From positions 68,076,001 through 68,140,000 of the forward strand of contig OZ024745.1 in assembly GCA_964016885.1 (NCBI GenBank): a stretch of DNA of 64,000 bases. The letters are read 5' to 3'. Below the pieces are notes generated by a model. It saw nothing but the letters and a program-made list of their open reading frames with translations, did not search any database and was not told where the DNA came from. Positions within the stretch are counted from its first letter, which is position 1. Every line of letters starts with the position of its first letter. Source of the stretch: Eledone cirrhosa. Lineage: Eukaryota. The position numbers and the translations under genes are program-made. This document shows, in pieces, positions 1 to 13,900 of the stretch.

Positions 1-735
1 AGATGATTGAACGTCTGAAAGTATATACTTTCCTTATGCATATTAACGGCTGAGCAGCCTAATTTGCAACGATGGTTGCTAAACACTGTACGGCTTAATT
101 CGGGATGTTTATTTACAACCATCCCGAGCATTATAATAAATGTTCGGTGAATCCATACGTACATATATATGTGTGCATGTATGTATATATATATATACAT
201 ACTACTGTACGTCTGTATACATATATGTATGTACGTATACATACTTATATTTAAGTAACAGCCGTACTAAGAGTGAGAAATGAAATTTCGTTTCATTTTT
301 TCCATTTATCGTTTTCGGTGCGCCCGGCCGATTAACTCACTCGATATGCAAATTAGGCTGCTCAGCCGTTAATATGCATAAGGAAAGTATATACTTTCAG
401 GCGTTCAATCATCTGGCAAGAAGGTATACGGTGCTGACGATAGCTAATAAGCTTGAAACTAGTACATCGTTCCTTTGTCAGTGTTGAACAAAAGGGAAAC
501 GATGGTTGCTAAACACTGTACGGCTTAATTCGGGATGTTTGTTTACAAACACACCGAACATTATAATAAATGCTCGGTAAACCCATACGTACATATATAT
601 ATATGTGTGCATGTATGTATATATATATACATACTACTGTACGTCTGTATACATATATGTATGTACGTATACATACTTATATTTAAGTAACAGCCGTACT
701 AAGAGTGGGAAATGAAATTTCGTTTCATTTTTTCC

Positions 736-737
<2 letters not shown>
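1..737 (+). mobile_element. Penelope-like pseudo-LTR-type cassette with inverted and direct repeats, ending in (TA)n
   Basis: 1-68 is the reverse complement of 347-414. 68-306 is directly repeated at 498-737. The hammerhead lies at 428-470 and (TA)n follows 737. Confidence 0.65.
428..470 (+). ncRNA. Minimal type-I hammerhead ribozyme
   Basis: Stem I ACGGTG/CATCGT; core CTGACGA at 434-440; stem II AGCT-aata-AGCT; GAAAC at 455-459; short palindromic stem III (AC-TA-GT); cleavage triplet GTA at 462-464. Confidence 0.85.
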
Positions 738-768
<31 letters not shown>

Positions 769-807
769 TAAATGAAGTCGTGCAGCTGGAACTTCAGTTA
801 TACTCAT

Positions 808-842
<35 letters not shown>

Positions 843-890
843 GCACACACACACAACACACACACTCACACACACACACTCACACACGCA

Positions 891-967
<77 letters not shown>

Positions 968-1216
968 ACACGCCCCCCCACACACATGCACACACTCATA
1001 TATGTATATATATATGACTTCTAAATGATTAGAGCTGGTTCATTCGTATGAAATCGTTAGGAATGCACTTATTCTCCACTAACGTATTGAGTACATTATT
1101 TAACTGCGGTTTTGCAGATGAAACTTTGATAAAAATATGCTAGTCGTGTATTGTGCAACATTTAAACGATCAGACTGAATAGGATTTAAAGATTATATAT
1201 ATATATATATATATAT

Positions 1217-1423
1217 AACGAAGGAAATGTGGTAAGGAACCAGGTGGACCATAACGCACCAAAGTACTCAATACTTAGGGTAGTAGAGTGGGTAATAGGA
1301 ACGACTAGGATCCCGACGGCTGAGCCCAAGCCGTTTCGACGGCTAATTTAAAAAAAAAAAATTTTTTTTAGTCCAGAATTAGCCGTCGAAACGGCTTGAG
1401 CTCAGCCGTCGGGGTCCTACTTG

Positions 1424-1428
<5 letters not shown>
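1217..1428 (-). mobile_element. TA-flanked fold-back cassette (family A) with hammerhead 3' half
   Basis: Homologous to 39063-39231, 44240-44431 and 4741-4851. Inverted arms carry GAAAC-GGC...GCC-GTC (stem III plus cleavage triplet). Confidence 0.7.
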
Positions 1429-1473
<45 letters not shown>

Positions 1474-1477
<4 letters not shown>

Positions 1478-1618
1478 TTTTATTAAGGCTAAGTAGTGAG
1501 TTTTGTTACCCTGGAGTTTCGCCTGTTTATCACACGGTCATCATTATGCCTTAATAAAATGAATATTAAAACTCTACTTCGGCATTGAGTACTCCTTTCT
1601 CGCAGTCGTCAACCACAT

Positions 1619-1622
<4 letters not shown>
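1474..1622. mobile_element. TA-flanked inverted cassette with truncated hammerhead
   Basis: The minus strand of about 1506-1543 reads TGATGA-ccgtgtgataaacaggc-GAAAC-tccagg-GTA. 1474-1489 is inverted relative to about 1548-1565. The tail carries AATAAA and TTGAGTACTC. A degenerate relative lies at 59952-60145. Confidence 0.6.
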
Positions 1623-1672
<50 letters not shown>

Positions 1673-1882
1673 GTATATGTATATGTATTTATATATATAA
1701 ATGTATATGTATGTATATGTATATAAAGCTCTTCATTTTCACTCAGCTGGAAGTTCGTGCCAAGAGCAGTAGGAGGTTATTCCGTATCTCTATGACAGAC
1801 TTACATTTCGTCAAGTGGAGGAAAGGGGGGGACTCAACTGAGTAGCTAAATAATCCTGTATATGTATATGTATATATATGTG

Positions 1883-1918
<36 letters not shown>

Positions 1919-1975
1919 TATATATATGTATAGGTATTTGTATACATATATGTGTATATATATGTATGAATATAC

Positions 1976-2021
<46 letters not shown>

Positions 2022-2023
2022 GC

Positions 2024-2064
<41 letters not shown>

Positions 2065-2329
2065 TACACTCATATATCTCTCTCTATATATATTGCAGAC
2101 TCGGTAACTATTAAATGATCATATATTTACATACGCAGTAAGATATATTTGCAGTTATAGTGACTATGATTGATAATAATTGAAATATATGCTGGAAACT
2201 AAGTCTGGCATTCACAAATCATCTTATTTTGTTGTTATATTGTTGTTTCAACATTGTGTCCGATATAAGTGGGATCAACTTGCAATTTCCGAACAAAAGC
2301 CGTATGTACAGATACTGAAGCTACTCAAA

Positions 2330-2645
2330 CAAAGTGATGTATGTTGGATCTTCGTCGGTTCCGACGACGAATGTTCAAGTTGTTGGAACAATGGGAGAGC
2401 GTGCTTGTGAAATTAATGTGTTAGTATCTGCTTGAATATTCCACATACACGTATACCCTTTAAAGAAATTCTTAGGGATGATCAGCGCAACACTGTGTAT
2501 AACAACTCTGCACCATTAAATTACAGCTGAGTGAATACGAGCAACATGTGGCAAAGTGTCTTGCTCAAGGACGAAATACATCGCCGGGAAAAGAACACAC
2601 GACCTTGCAATCGTGAACATAAGACACGAACCACTAAGCCACGTG
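2330..2645 (-). mobile_element. tRNA-derived SINE, family 2 (CORE-like), diverged
   Basis: Shares gtccttgagcaagacact, cactcagctg and gtggaatattca blocks with copies near 6030-6310, 17930-18215, 39870-40180, 51520-51750 and 58810-59080. Confidence 0.65.
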
Positions 2646-3026
2646 GATTCCCACACTATATATGAGGCGGGTGAATAGAAACACACATGTTGTATAGATA
2701 AGACATCAGAAAATGGTATATTATGGTATATTATCAACAGACGTCATCCATTTGTTTTTTATGTTAATTCAACATATCTTTCGATAATTATTTCTTTTCA
2801 GTGTTATTCTTCGTTATTCTTCTTTATTTCTTCTATTAACTAACATTGCAACGTTTCTCTGATCTTTGCTTATCATACACTACAACGGATATATGTGGTA
2901 TATATTGAAATATCAACACAACAACAGTTCTCTCTGTCAAAGAAAGTAACAACACAATGTCTGCCAATCAACATTGAATCATTGAATACCATTTCAATCC
3001 TTCTCTCTCTATTTTTCTCGGGCTCT

Positions 3027-3136
<110 letters not shown>

Positions 3137-3284
3137 GTTGTGTTATAAAATGTTCATTAACTGGGGTTGCGTTTGCAAGATTCCGATCAATAAAGAATGA
3201 TGTAAATAGATTCAAGCATTCAACGTCGTATGTATCCTTCCAATTCCGATATGGTAACCCATGAAGGAATATACGTACAATAAT

Positions 3285-3467
3285 TGTTTCTACTTTTGGC
3301 ACAAGGCCAGCAATTACCCAGTGCATTACTGGTACTTTATTTTATCGACCCGTAAGGATGAAAGGCAAAGTCAACCTCGGCGGGATTTGAACTCAGATCG
3401 TAAAGGGACGTAACTATGCTGGAAAGCATGGCGTCCGACCCTCTACCGATACTGCCAATCCACCGCC
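3285..3467 (-). mobile_element. tRNA-derived SINE, family 1 (young)
   Basis: The minus strand has an A-box-like TGGCAGTATCGG, a B-box GAGTTCAAATCC and the core GCCTTTCATCCTTACGGGTCGATAAAATAAAGTACCAG. Target-site duplication CGTACAATAAT at 3274-3284 and 3467-3477. Confidence 0.9.
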
Positions 3468-4087
3468 GTACAATAATGATAAAAATGCGAAAGCTAGATA
3501 TTCCTAGTTCCTTTTATTACGTAATTCATCAAATTTCAGCAGAGAGTAGGGGAAGCACTTCCGTTCAAGTCTTTGTTTCTTTCTTTAGCGATCTGACTAC
3601 TGACCAGTTCAATCGATTATCGCCACATCTCTCGCTTGTCAATACTGGTTCTAAGGTTATTGCTCAAACTAACTTGTATTAATTTATTTCATTCTTTCCT
3701 GCGGTTACAACTCTGTTGCTTTCGAATGTAACAATTTTCCTGTCGTATGTAGATATTTCTTCTGTTTTTTTTCTTTCTCGTCCTATGTCCGTTGTGTTTT
3801 CTTCCCTAATAGATATCCATGGATAGCTATTGATACGCTGGTGGTGAATAATCCTGCCTTATCGAGCATCCGAAACTATAATGATCCACAGAAAAACACC
3901 CGATGTACGGGAATTCTTCATTTGTTTGTCTCTTTCAGGTTTTCTGTTTCCTATATTTCTCCCCGTGTTTATATATATATATATATATATTAGAAAATAG
4001 AATAGCTTTCACCGTATTTTTGACTAAAGAAATTTTAGTCTGATAATGGGGTTTAGAACCCTCAGATAAATGGAAAAAGATGAGTAT

Positions 4088-4158
4088 TGACGTACATGGG
4101 AGTCGAACCCACATCTTTCGTTATCCAGACCACTGTGCTACCATTACACCAACACATC
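4088..4158 (-). pseudogene. tRNA-like 71-nt cloverleaf (nominal anticodon GGA) with disrupted anticodon stem
   Basis: Acceptor GATGTGT/GTACGTC plus A; D arm GTGT-AATGGTA-GCAC; T arm GTGGG-TTCGACT-CCCAT; A and B boxes intact. A second inverted copy is at about 4371-4439. Confidence 0.7.
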
Positions 4159-4604
4159 ACCCATCTCCTTCCATTCAAATTAGAAGCTACATTCTTAGCG
4201 AGTATAAATGACAAGTAAGTATGTTTTGAAACAGTGAGCAGGTTTGAAATTAGAAAATAGAATAGCTTTCACCGTATTTTTGACTAAAGAAATTTTAGTC
4301 TGATAATGAGGTTTAGAACACTCGGATAAATGGAAAAAGATGAGTATTGACGTACATGGGAGTCGAACACATGTGTTGGTTAATGGTAGCACAGTGGTCT
4401 GGATAACGAAAGATGTGGGTTCGACTCCCATGTACGTCAATACTCATTTTTTTCCATTTATCTGAGGGTTCTAAACCCCATTATCAGACTAAAATTTCTT
4501 TAGTAAAAAATACGGTGAAAGCTATTCTATTTTATAATTTCAAACCTGCTCACTTTCAAAACATACATACTTACTTGTCATATATATATATATATAAATA
4601 TATA

Positions 4605-4730
<126 letters not shown>

Positions 4731-4864
4731 AAAAAAAGAGTTAGGACCCCGACGGTTGAGCTCCGGCCGTTTCGACAGCTAGATCTGAACTAAGTATCGA
4801 GTACTCTGGTGCGTTATGGTCCACCTGGTTCCTTACCACACTGCCTTCGTTATATATATACATA

Positions 4865-4937
<73 letters not shown>

Positions 4938-5581
4938 TATATAGATATATAAAAGATAGAAAGAAAAACACAGCTCGAGAGAGGGAAAGCTAGAGAGAGA
5001 TAGAATGTGTGTGAGAGAAAAAATAAAGACGTTCGAGGAAGTGATATATATAAGAAAGAAAAACACAGCTTGAGAGAGAGAGAGAGAGAGAAGAAAGACC
5101 GTAGAGGAAGTAATATATATACACACACATAAACACAGCTACATACACATATATTTGAGTACATTGATTTCTTTCACAAGAGCTAATATATATATATATA
5201 TATATATATATAATAACAATTAAAGATGATATAACGTATACATAAAATACAAGCATCCCACACTATATTTGAAAACGAGACTGTGTCCTTCTTAACAGGA
5301 TTCCACGATTATCCATTCGTTCTAATTGCTGTACCATGTAGCAAAATATTTCTTGGTCAATGTTAGCAGAAGAGAAAAAAAAAAGTCAATATTCTTTTAT
5401 TTATTTATCAATTATTTAATAATGGCGATTCTATCGTGTCGTCTGCTTCTGTTTCGCTTCCAGCAAATATCAGCAACGTTACACCACCATAATCATTTCG
5501 TCTTCATTTGTGTAATACATTATAGTAATTAGTATTTGTAACCACATCATAGGCTATGTCACATAGATTTTTTTTATTGGA

Positions 5582-5584
5582 GTG

Positions 5585-5645
<61 letters not shown>

Positions 5646-5920
5646 TAGTAGTAGCAGTAGTAGTAGTAGTAGTGGTAGTAGTAGTAATAGTAAAAAGTAG
5701 TAATGGTAGCAGAAGTAGTTGCCCAGGAGAAGAATTTCTTCTTCTTCTTCTTCTTCTTCTTCTTCTTCTTCTTCTTCTTCTTCTTCTTCTTCTTCTTCTT
5801 CTTCTTCTTCTTCTTCTTCTTCTTCTTCTTCTTCTTCTTCTTCTTCTTCTTCTTCTTCTTCTTCTTCTTCTTCTTCTTCTTCTTCTTCTTCTTCTTCTTT
5901 TCTTCTTCTTCTTCTTCTTC
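5582..5920. repeat. (GTA)n followed by (CTT)n microsatellites
   Basis: Directly visible trinucleotide arrays at 5582-5700 and 5737-5920. Confidence 0.97.
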
Positions 5921-6029
5921 GAGTCTAGGTCAACCTCTCCGTCACAATTACCACCACCCTGCCGTTGTCATTAATATCCTTATTACAGTCGTCATCAAGA
6001 TTATCATCATCACAAGCAGCATCAGCAGG

Positions 6030-6309
6030 TCATGTTGGTAAGGTCGTGAGATCGATTCCCGACAGAGCGCTGTGTCCTTGGACAAGAGTCTTTATTTCAC
6101 GTGGTCCCAGTTCACTCAGCTTGAAAAAAATTAGTTGCACCTGTAATTAAAAGGGTCAGTCTAATCACACACTTTGACAAACTGGGTCTCCCTGAGAGCT
6201 AAGTTAAGTATGCACGTGTCTGTGGAATTCTCAGCTACTTGCACATTAATTTCAAGTGCAGGATGTTTCGGACTAGTGGTACGCCCGTCGTCGTAACATG
6301 CGACAATCC

Positions 6310-6310
<1 letters not shown>
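6030..6310 (+). mobile_element. tRNA-derived SINE, family 2, followed by (CA)n/(TA)n
   Basis: Contains gtgtccttggacaagagtctttatttcacgtgg...cctgtaattaaaaggg...ctccctgagagc, shared with other family-2 copies. Confidence 0.7.
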
Positions 6311-6401
<91 letters not shown>

Positions 6402-6490
6402 TGTATATATATATACACAGACACACACACACACATGTATATATATATATATATATATATGCAGACACACACATACATACACACACACAC

Positions 6491-6529
<39 letters not shown>

Positions 6530-6546
6530 CACACACACACACACAC

Positions 6547-6675
<129 letters not shown>

Positions 6676-8800
6676 CACACACATACACAGATGCAGATAG
6701 ATTTCCAGATGTCAAAGATTAATATAACGGTTACAACGTGGAAATACCTGGAAACATGGAAACGCCGTTTTCAATTTTGATTTTAACTGATACAGAGTGT
6801 GGTGGATTGGTAGAATTGGTAGTGAATCATATAAAATACCATTGTGGTATTTGTATTGGCTTTTTATGCTTTGAGTTCAGATCTCGCAGAGGTCAACATT
6901 GTCTTTCATCCTTCGGGGCTCGATGAAATAAAGTACCAGACAATCATTGGGGTTGATTTACTCAACTTTGCTCTTCCTTTCAAAATGTGCTGGCCTTGTG
7001 TTTGAATTAGAAATCAATTTTAACTGATACAGTGATTCTACAAAGAATTCTTTCAAACTTCTTGTCTCATGTTACTTGTCTGAAAATACACAGACTTTCT
7101 ATTAATATAAGATAATTAAATAAACAAATGAATTTATAGTAGCGCGACCCTGCAATACTGGTTAAAATTTACAATGTCATATAGAATACATAATGATTTC
7201 CCATTTAGCCAAATATTTTGGTTAGAAGGGGAAATCGATTGTAACAACCCTAGTACTTTAGTGGAATTTTATTTTATCGACTATGGTAGAATGTAAGGAA
7301 AAGTTGACTTCGGCGAGATGTGAACTCGATTTTGTTTATATTGAATAGACGACGAATTGGTAGACTCGTTAGAACGTCGGCTTTGCGGTATTCGTTCCGC
7401 GTTCTCTGCTCTCTACGAGGTCCCCTTTGCCTTTCATCATTTCGAGGTTGATAAGAAAGTACCAGTTTAGTACTGGGTCGATTCTAGCTCTATATCTCTT
7501 TTTCACTTCCTCTTTATAACTTCCTATCCTTCTCTGGAAGAATTCTACTGCATTCAAACCTGGAGAAGGATGGGCCCCGCCAGGCTTAACATGCCCTAGA
7601 AATACCGTATGCCACTACGGCGCCCCTACAACTTCATCAGGAGTTACGGGACCATGCATGCTTGCATGTTTACATTGTATCTGTTCAGTAGTTGTTGTTT
7701 TATATGTGTAATCCATATGCCACTATGTTATAAGTGACACTTATTTCTTCTTTTGATATATAGGGCGTCTCATTATTCTATTCGGAGACAAGATAAATGG
7801 TAAGACTGAAGAATGATTAAAATCTGAAAATGTCGATTAATTAATTTCATATGAAAATATATTTAATTTAAATTCGATCTATTTTAAAATTAGAACAAAA
7901 AAAATTAATATAGAGAGGACTGAACGGAAAGACTTTGAAGGCGGGGGTCATTCCAATGAAGTGCTATACCAATCATAGTTAAGCGGATTAATTTAAACCA
8001 GTGACTAGGATACATATTTAAAGATAAAAAATACCAAAATAACCCGATTAGTAACCCGAGAAAAGCAATTAAGAAAATAGTTTCCTGTAAATCAAAGAAT
8101 TTTTGAGGAAAGAAAAAAAGTTGAAGAATTACAGAAGAATTACTTTGAAATTTAGTCAAATAAAGTTCAATGTTGAGTATTGAATTACTGAAATAAACCT
8201 TCAACATTGGCGTCAGTGAGATCAATAATCAATTTTTTGTCATTAAGTTGTTGATCTGTCGGAACGAAACAACCGACAGTAGTAGGGGATGGAACGGCGT
8301 TTCTTTAACAGTTAGATACATGAAAGTAAAAGGAGATGGAATATTGAGGAAAAAATAACAAAAAACAAAACAAAACAAAAAACGAAAACAAACAAACAAA
8401 AACAAAATTACGAGGGTTTCAATAAAAAGTGTTTTAAGATAAATTATGAAAAAAATAAATAATAGAAATAAAAGATATCAATACATTATTTTGAATTAAT
8501 TTAATGAATATTAAATCTGACACAACTTAATATAATTGTGTTATTGTAACATCTTTAGCAGTTTAAATAGGCCAATCTATCTATCTATCTATCTATCTAT
8601 CGCTGATAGTAGACATGTGTTACTTCGGTTGCAGCCTTTTGGATTTGTATTACGTTTTTGACTGTGAGTTTGTTTTTCATTTGCTTTATTTGTGTGACCT
8701 AACCTCCCGCCTGGACTTGCAGACGGGTGGTTATTTTATTTTTACCCCTTTTTGGGGGTAAAAAGTACTTTGAAAAGTTTGTATACCAACTTAAAATAAT

Positions 8801-8978
8801 TGTTTCTACTTTAGGCACAAGGCCAGCAATTACCCAGTGCATTACTGGTACTTTATTTTATCGACCCCGTAAGGATGAAAGGTAAAGTCAACCTCGGCGG
8901 GATTTGAACTCAGATCGTAAAGGGACGTAACTATGCTGGAAAGCATGGCGTCCGACCCTCTACCGATACTGCCAATCC
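8801..8978 (-). mobile_element. Family-1 SINE nested in the LINE 5' UTR
   Basis: Near-identical to 3285-3467. A 15-bp duplication CCAACTTAAAATAAT flanks it at 8786-8800 and 8977-8991. Confidence 0.92.
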
Positions 8979-9099
8979 AACTTAAAATAATGGACACCAT
9001 ACATGAAAACACAACTGCCACCCCCCCAGGGAAAGTGATAAAGAGCAACAAGTAACTCAACCTACTGAAGCTTCCCTTCTCTCGCTTTCGCATGCGAGT

Positions 9100-10898
9100 A
9101 TGGAAGTGGATTTGGCAAACAATTGTAAAAACTTGGGTAATAACCCAAACAATGGAAACACCAAATTGAAAGAATGTATAAATAACACTGACACCAACAA
9201 CACCAACACAAATAATAAAGAAAATAACACAAACACACACAAAAGCGAAAACAGCAGCAACAATGACAAAGGATACAACATAAATGTGAACTCAAAACCC
9301 GAAAAAATGGGTGAAAATCCCAAAAGCTGTACCGCAAACGACAACAACCAAAACGCAAACGCCCAAGAAAACAAGAACAACAGCAACGAAACACACAAAA
9401 AAAGACCCCACTATACGAATATCCTTTGTCCAGGTGGTTAAGGAGACCGAAACTTTCACCCCGGTTGACATCAGTGATGCAGCTGAATTGCTAAAAGAGG
9501 GGAGAAAACAGGTGAGCTTTGGTGAAAACGGTGATTTCACCATAATCTCCCCTAAGGATATTAAAAGAGCCACGGTCCTAAGGACAATTAATTTTAGAAC
9601 TATTTCAAATGCATCGAAAAAACCAGCTCAATTATCGCATAGCGAAATTGAGCTGGAGTTAAAAGACGCGTTGAAGGACATGATTTTTATTGAGAGAGGG
9701 AAGTTATATGGGAGTCTGAACATTTTGATGAAGGACCAATTGGTGGCCCAAAAATACTCGGTGTCGCCAATTGTGTCCAAACAGTACACTTTCTTCCCCA
9801 CCTACATCGGGAAGAAAACTAAAAAAATAACAATCTCCGGTATACACCCAAATACAAATATGTGGCTGATACTAGGAGGGATACTGGACGACGAAGATGA
9901 ACTCCTTGATATAGGCAAACCCACCAGGAGCCACTTTGGCGGTATAGGCATACAGGTTCCGGTTCGAATGAAACCAGAACGTATCGCAAAGATACCCCAA
10001 AGAGTGCCCCTGGAAGGCTCCCAATTTATGAATATTGCAGTTGAGGATAGGCGGCCCGCTTGCTACCTCTGTGGAGGCAGATGTCACCTGAGGGCTACCT
10101 GTCCTCAACAAACTAAAAGACCTTTACTGCCAACACATCCAAAAACAACACCACCACCACCACAACAACAACAAACACAAGTCAACAAAAAACTGAACAT
10201 GGACCCACTAATCCCTCCACACCCATAACAACTCCACAAACAAAAACACAATCACCACCACCACCATCACCCCAAAAACAACAAACACAACAAGTCAACA
10301 AAAAACGGAACACGGTCCCACCCAACCCATCCCCACCTAAAAAAACTCCAACAACATACATAACAAACCCCAAAATATACCCCTCCCCTCCAACATGGAA
10401 GAGGATCCCTTAACGTCAGAAGACGAGGAGGAACCCTTCCAAAAAATAAAGCGGGAAAAAAGAAAACACACCGCACCCACACAAAGGAAAATAACCCCTC
10501 AAACAAAAGTAAAAAAATACAGAACAAAAACCAACAAAAATGACACAGACACATACTTCAACACAAAAAATATAAAACTTGTAAACAAAATTGAACAAAA
10601 CCCTTCGGTTTGCACCGAAGGGCCAAATTTCACGAGGGCCACAGAGAACCCCTCTTTAAAAATGATTAAAACTCCGACAGACATTTATATAGCACTAAAA
10701 GACAATTTTCCTGAGGACGTGGCCCCCCCCCCCCCCATGTGTAAAACCAATGAATCGAGTCCTCTTGAAAAATCCCCCCCCCCCCCCCCCCCCGACACCC
10801 ACACCATACCAAAAACCCCAACCCCACCACACTCTGATGTCCCCCACCCCCACCTCCATGGAAATTTGCGGCCAGGACCCCGGGACGCAGAGAGGTAG
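9100..10898 (+). pseudogene. LINE ORF1 (gag-like nucleic-acid-binding protein), frameshifted
   Basis: Overlapping ORFs 9100-9441, 9311-10228 and 10395-10898. CX2CX4HX4C knuckle CYLCGGRCHLRATC near 10061, followed by a Pro/Thr/Lys-rich tail. Confidence 0.8.
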
Positions 10899-10926
10899 GT
10901 GCCTCCTTTTTCTCTTTACCACCAAT

Positions 10927-13900
10927 ATGGCTGTATTGAGAGTGGCTTGTCTAAATGCGCGTGGCCTGGGCTCATATTGGAAGCAAGCAAAACTTCTAAA
11001 TGACCTCAGGTCACGCTGTATAAATATGATGGTCAATTGCGAGGCCCGGATCAGCAGCGTGCGCCAGCTAGCCCCCACCTTTGACGACTTTGAGATGCAC
11101 GCATCTCTCTGTCAGCCCGGAGGTGGGAGTGGGGTTGTCGTTCTGCTGCAAAAACATCTGAGTCTCGTCGCACAGACGGTACACCTGGACCCGGAGGGTC
11201 GACTGGTGGTTTTAGACGTTGGCAGTGGTGAAGGCGGAGCCTTTAGGCTGGTCGCCGCCTACGCCCCTTTTGGGTCAGCGCGGCCGGACTTCTTCCAACG
11301 TCTGGAGACTTTTCTAGGGACGTCCCGCTCCTTGCTTTTAGTGGGGGACTGGAATGGTATCCTAGATGCACGTTGAGACTATGTAGGGGCATGTCCTGAT
11401 AGAGGGGGTTGTAACAGCCTCAAGGGGTTAATCGGCCGATTTGACCTGGCCGATAGATATCGACTAGATTTTCCGACTGTGCCAACCTGGACTTGGACAA
11501 ACCATAGCGGTCAATCTAGATCGTACTTAGATAGGTTCTTAGTTAGAAATAAGGATAAGGACTTTTTAAGTTGTCCAGAAATGCTCATGGTTGGCTATTC
11601 AGACCACAAGTTAGTGACCTCCATGGTCAACCTTGATAGAACGCATAGACAGGGACCCGGTCACTGGAAGCTCAACTTGTCCTTACCGGCAAGTAAAGCT
11701 TACAGGGACCGGATTAGTACTTTAGTTAAGGAGCGGTTGATGGGCGCCATCGTCAACAGCAGGTGGTGGGGATCTCTCAAAAGAGAGATTAGAGTAGCTT
11801 CAATAGGAGTTAGTAAGGAGTTAGCCTCAGATAGGAAGGAAAGAGAGTTGGTAGATAGTGTAGAAGAGGCAATTAGAAGCGGCGACGTCGCCAGAGTGCC
11901 AGCGTCGAGAACGGCCTTGGGCCAGTTCTTCGACGCGAAACACGAAGGCTGCGTTGTCCGAAGCAAAATACGTGCTCTGGGAAACGAGGGTACCAAAGCT
12001 GTTAGCTGGGCCCGCGTGACAGAAGCCAAAAGTGGGATTAGATCCACTATCCGGTCTTTGCGAGACCAGGATGGACGGGTGATCTTTGGACCTAAGCAGA
12101 TGTGCGAGGCCTTTCAAAGGCACTTTGCCCGATTGTTCGGAAGGGGCGAGGAGCCGGATGGGGATGTGGACCTCGGTCCATACCTCGACGGCCTGCCGCG
12201 TCTTTCGGACGAGGAGGCGAAGTCCTGCGAGAGGCCAATCTCAGCTGCTGAAATAGCGGACGTGCTGAGCTAATGCGGCAGACACAAATCTCTGGGCCTC
12301 GATGGTCTTCCATACGAACTGTATTTAAGTATGCCGGACTTGTTCTTCGATCTCCTCGAGGCGGTCTACTGCAACTGGCAACAGAATGGGAGAATTCCCT
12401 GTTCTATGACCAAGGGCGTAGTCTCGCTAGTGAGGAAGGACGAGAACAAGGGGGATGAAATAAGTAATTTTAGGCCCATAACTCTGCTAAATGCAGAGTT
12501 AAAGATTTTGGCCAAGGTTTTAGCAAAGAGGTTGGCGCTTGTCGTGGGCAACCTGGTGGGAGATGCGCAGACATGCGCCATCCCGTCCAGGTCCATTCAC
12601 GACAACCTCCATCTCATGCGATACATCATAGAGAGGGTTGGGAACGAACCCGGCTTTGGTGGGGCCCTGATCAACTTGGATCAATCTAAGGCGTTCGATA
12701 GGGTCGACCATCGTTACCTGGATGCGGTGCTAGTGGCGGCAGGTTTCGGACCCGTTTTTCAGGGGCTGGATCACTGCCATGACCCGCAGCCGCATCTGCT
12801 CTAGGGTCAAAGTGAACGGCTACCTCTCGGAGCCGTTTGAAATCACGCGGTCCATCCGACAGGGATGCCCTCTCTCCTCCCTTCTGTATGTATTGGCCCT
12901 AGAGCCACTGCTGCGGAAGTTGGAGTTGTTACAGGGCATCCCTTTAGAACCGGGATTGCGGAAAGCGGTGTCGGCCTACGCCGATGATGTGACAGTAATG
13001 GTGTCAACCGCCTCGGAAATCGGAGTGATCGGCACCTTACTGGAGGAATACAAAAAGTGTACAGGGGCTAAGCTGAACCGGGACAAGTCAGTCGGTTTGC
13101 AACTCGGCGAGTGGAGGGGCAAACCGATGGCTTCCAACGGCGTCGTCGGACGTTGGACGGAGGGCCCGGTGAAGTTGCTCGGGGTCTGGTTCGGGCCCGA
13201 CCTCCAGGTGGAGAAGAACTGGGGTGAGGTATCGAACAGGGTGTTTGCGCTGACGCAGAAGTGGGCTGAGTGCAAACCATCCCTGAAAGGTCGGGCGGAG
13301 GTGGCGAACGCTAATATAGCGTCCGTCATCTATTACCGACTGGCCGTCGTGCCTTGCCCAAGGGAAATGCTCACCAAAATGGAGCGCGCACTCTTCCAAT
13401 TCCTTTGGAAGAAGCGGGCTCCTTTGGTGAGGAGATCCATCTATTGTCAACACCCTTCGAAAGGAGGGCTGGAGATGCCGTGGCTGCTGATGCGTAAACA
13501 CGCATTAAGGCTACGACACCTCCACGTATTCCTCACCGGTCAACCGGTGTGGGCCCCGTTTGTGAGGCGAGCCTTTCCGAGACTCGTCTCGCTCACCGAG
13601 CTGCAGTCCTGGGTCAAGCAAAGACCGAGAAAACTGGGCGCCTGGCACACCGAGGGTGCCCAGGCGCTCACACTCTCTGGCAGGCGGACTCGGCTATCGG
13701 TGGAGAATCCACCTCGTCATTCTATAGAGGGCTGGTGGTTAGTAGGTGCGACGACGCCCTCGGACAAGCCCTAGGCATGGAAGAAGACGAACTGGCCAGC
13801 CTATTCGGGACCTATGGACAACTTCCAGAGGTCCCTGGCAGTGCTACCGAGGGGCGCTGCCCGTTCGAGAAAAGCTCTACAGACACGAGCACCCGGGTAG

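Noticed and set aside
4088-4158. Functional tRNA-Ser(GGA) gene
   Set aside because: The anticodon stem has two mismatches, there is no long variable arm, and it is duplicated inside a rearranged repeat.
7633-7645. CTGATGA on the minus strand as a hammerhead
   Set aside because: No suitably placed GAAA...UH or closing stems. The same applies to 16765, 25604, 27413, 35853, 41113 and 60937.
11700-13501. Antisense ORFs within the LINE
   Set aside because: These are expected shadow ORFs of GC-rich coding sequence, with no recognisable motifs.
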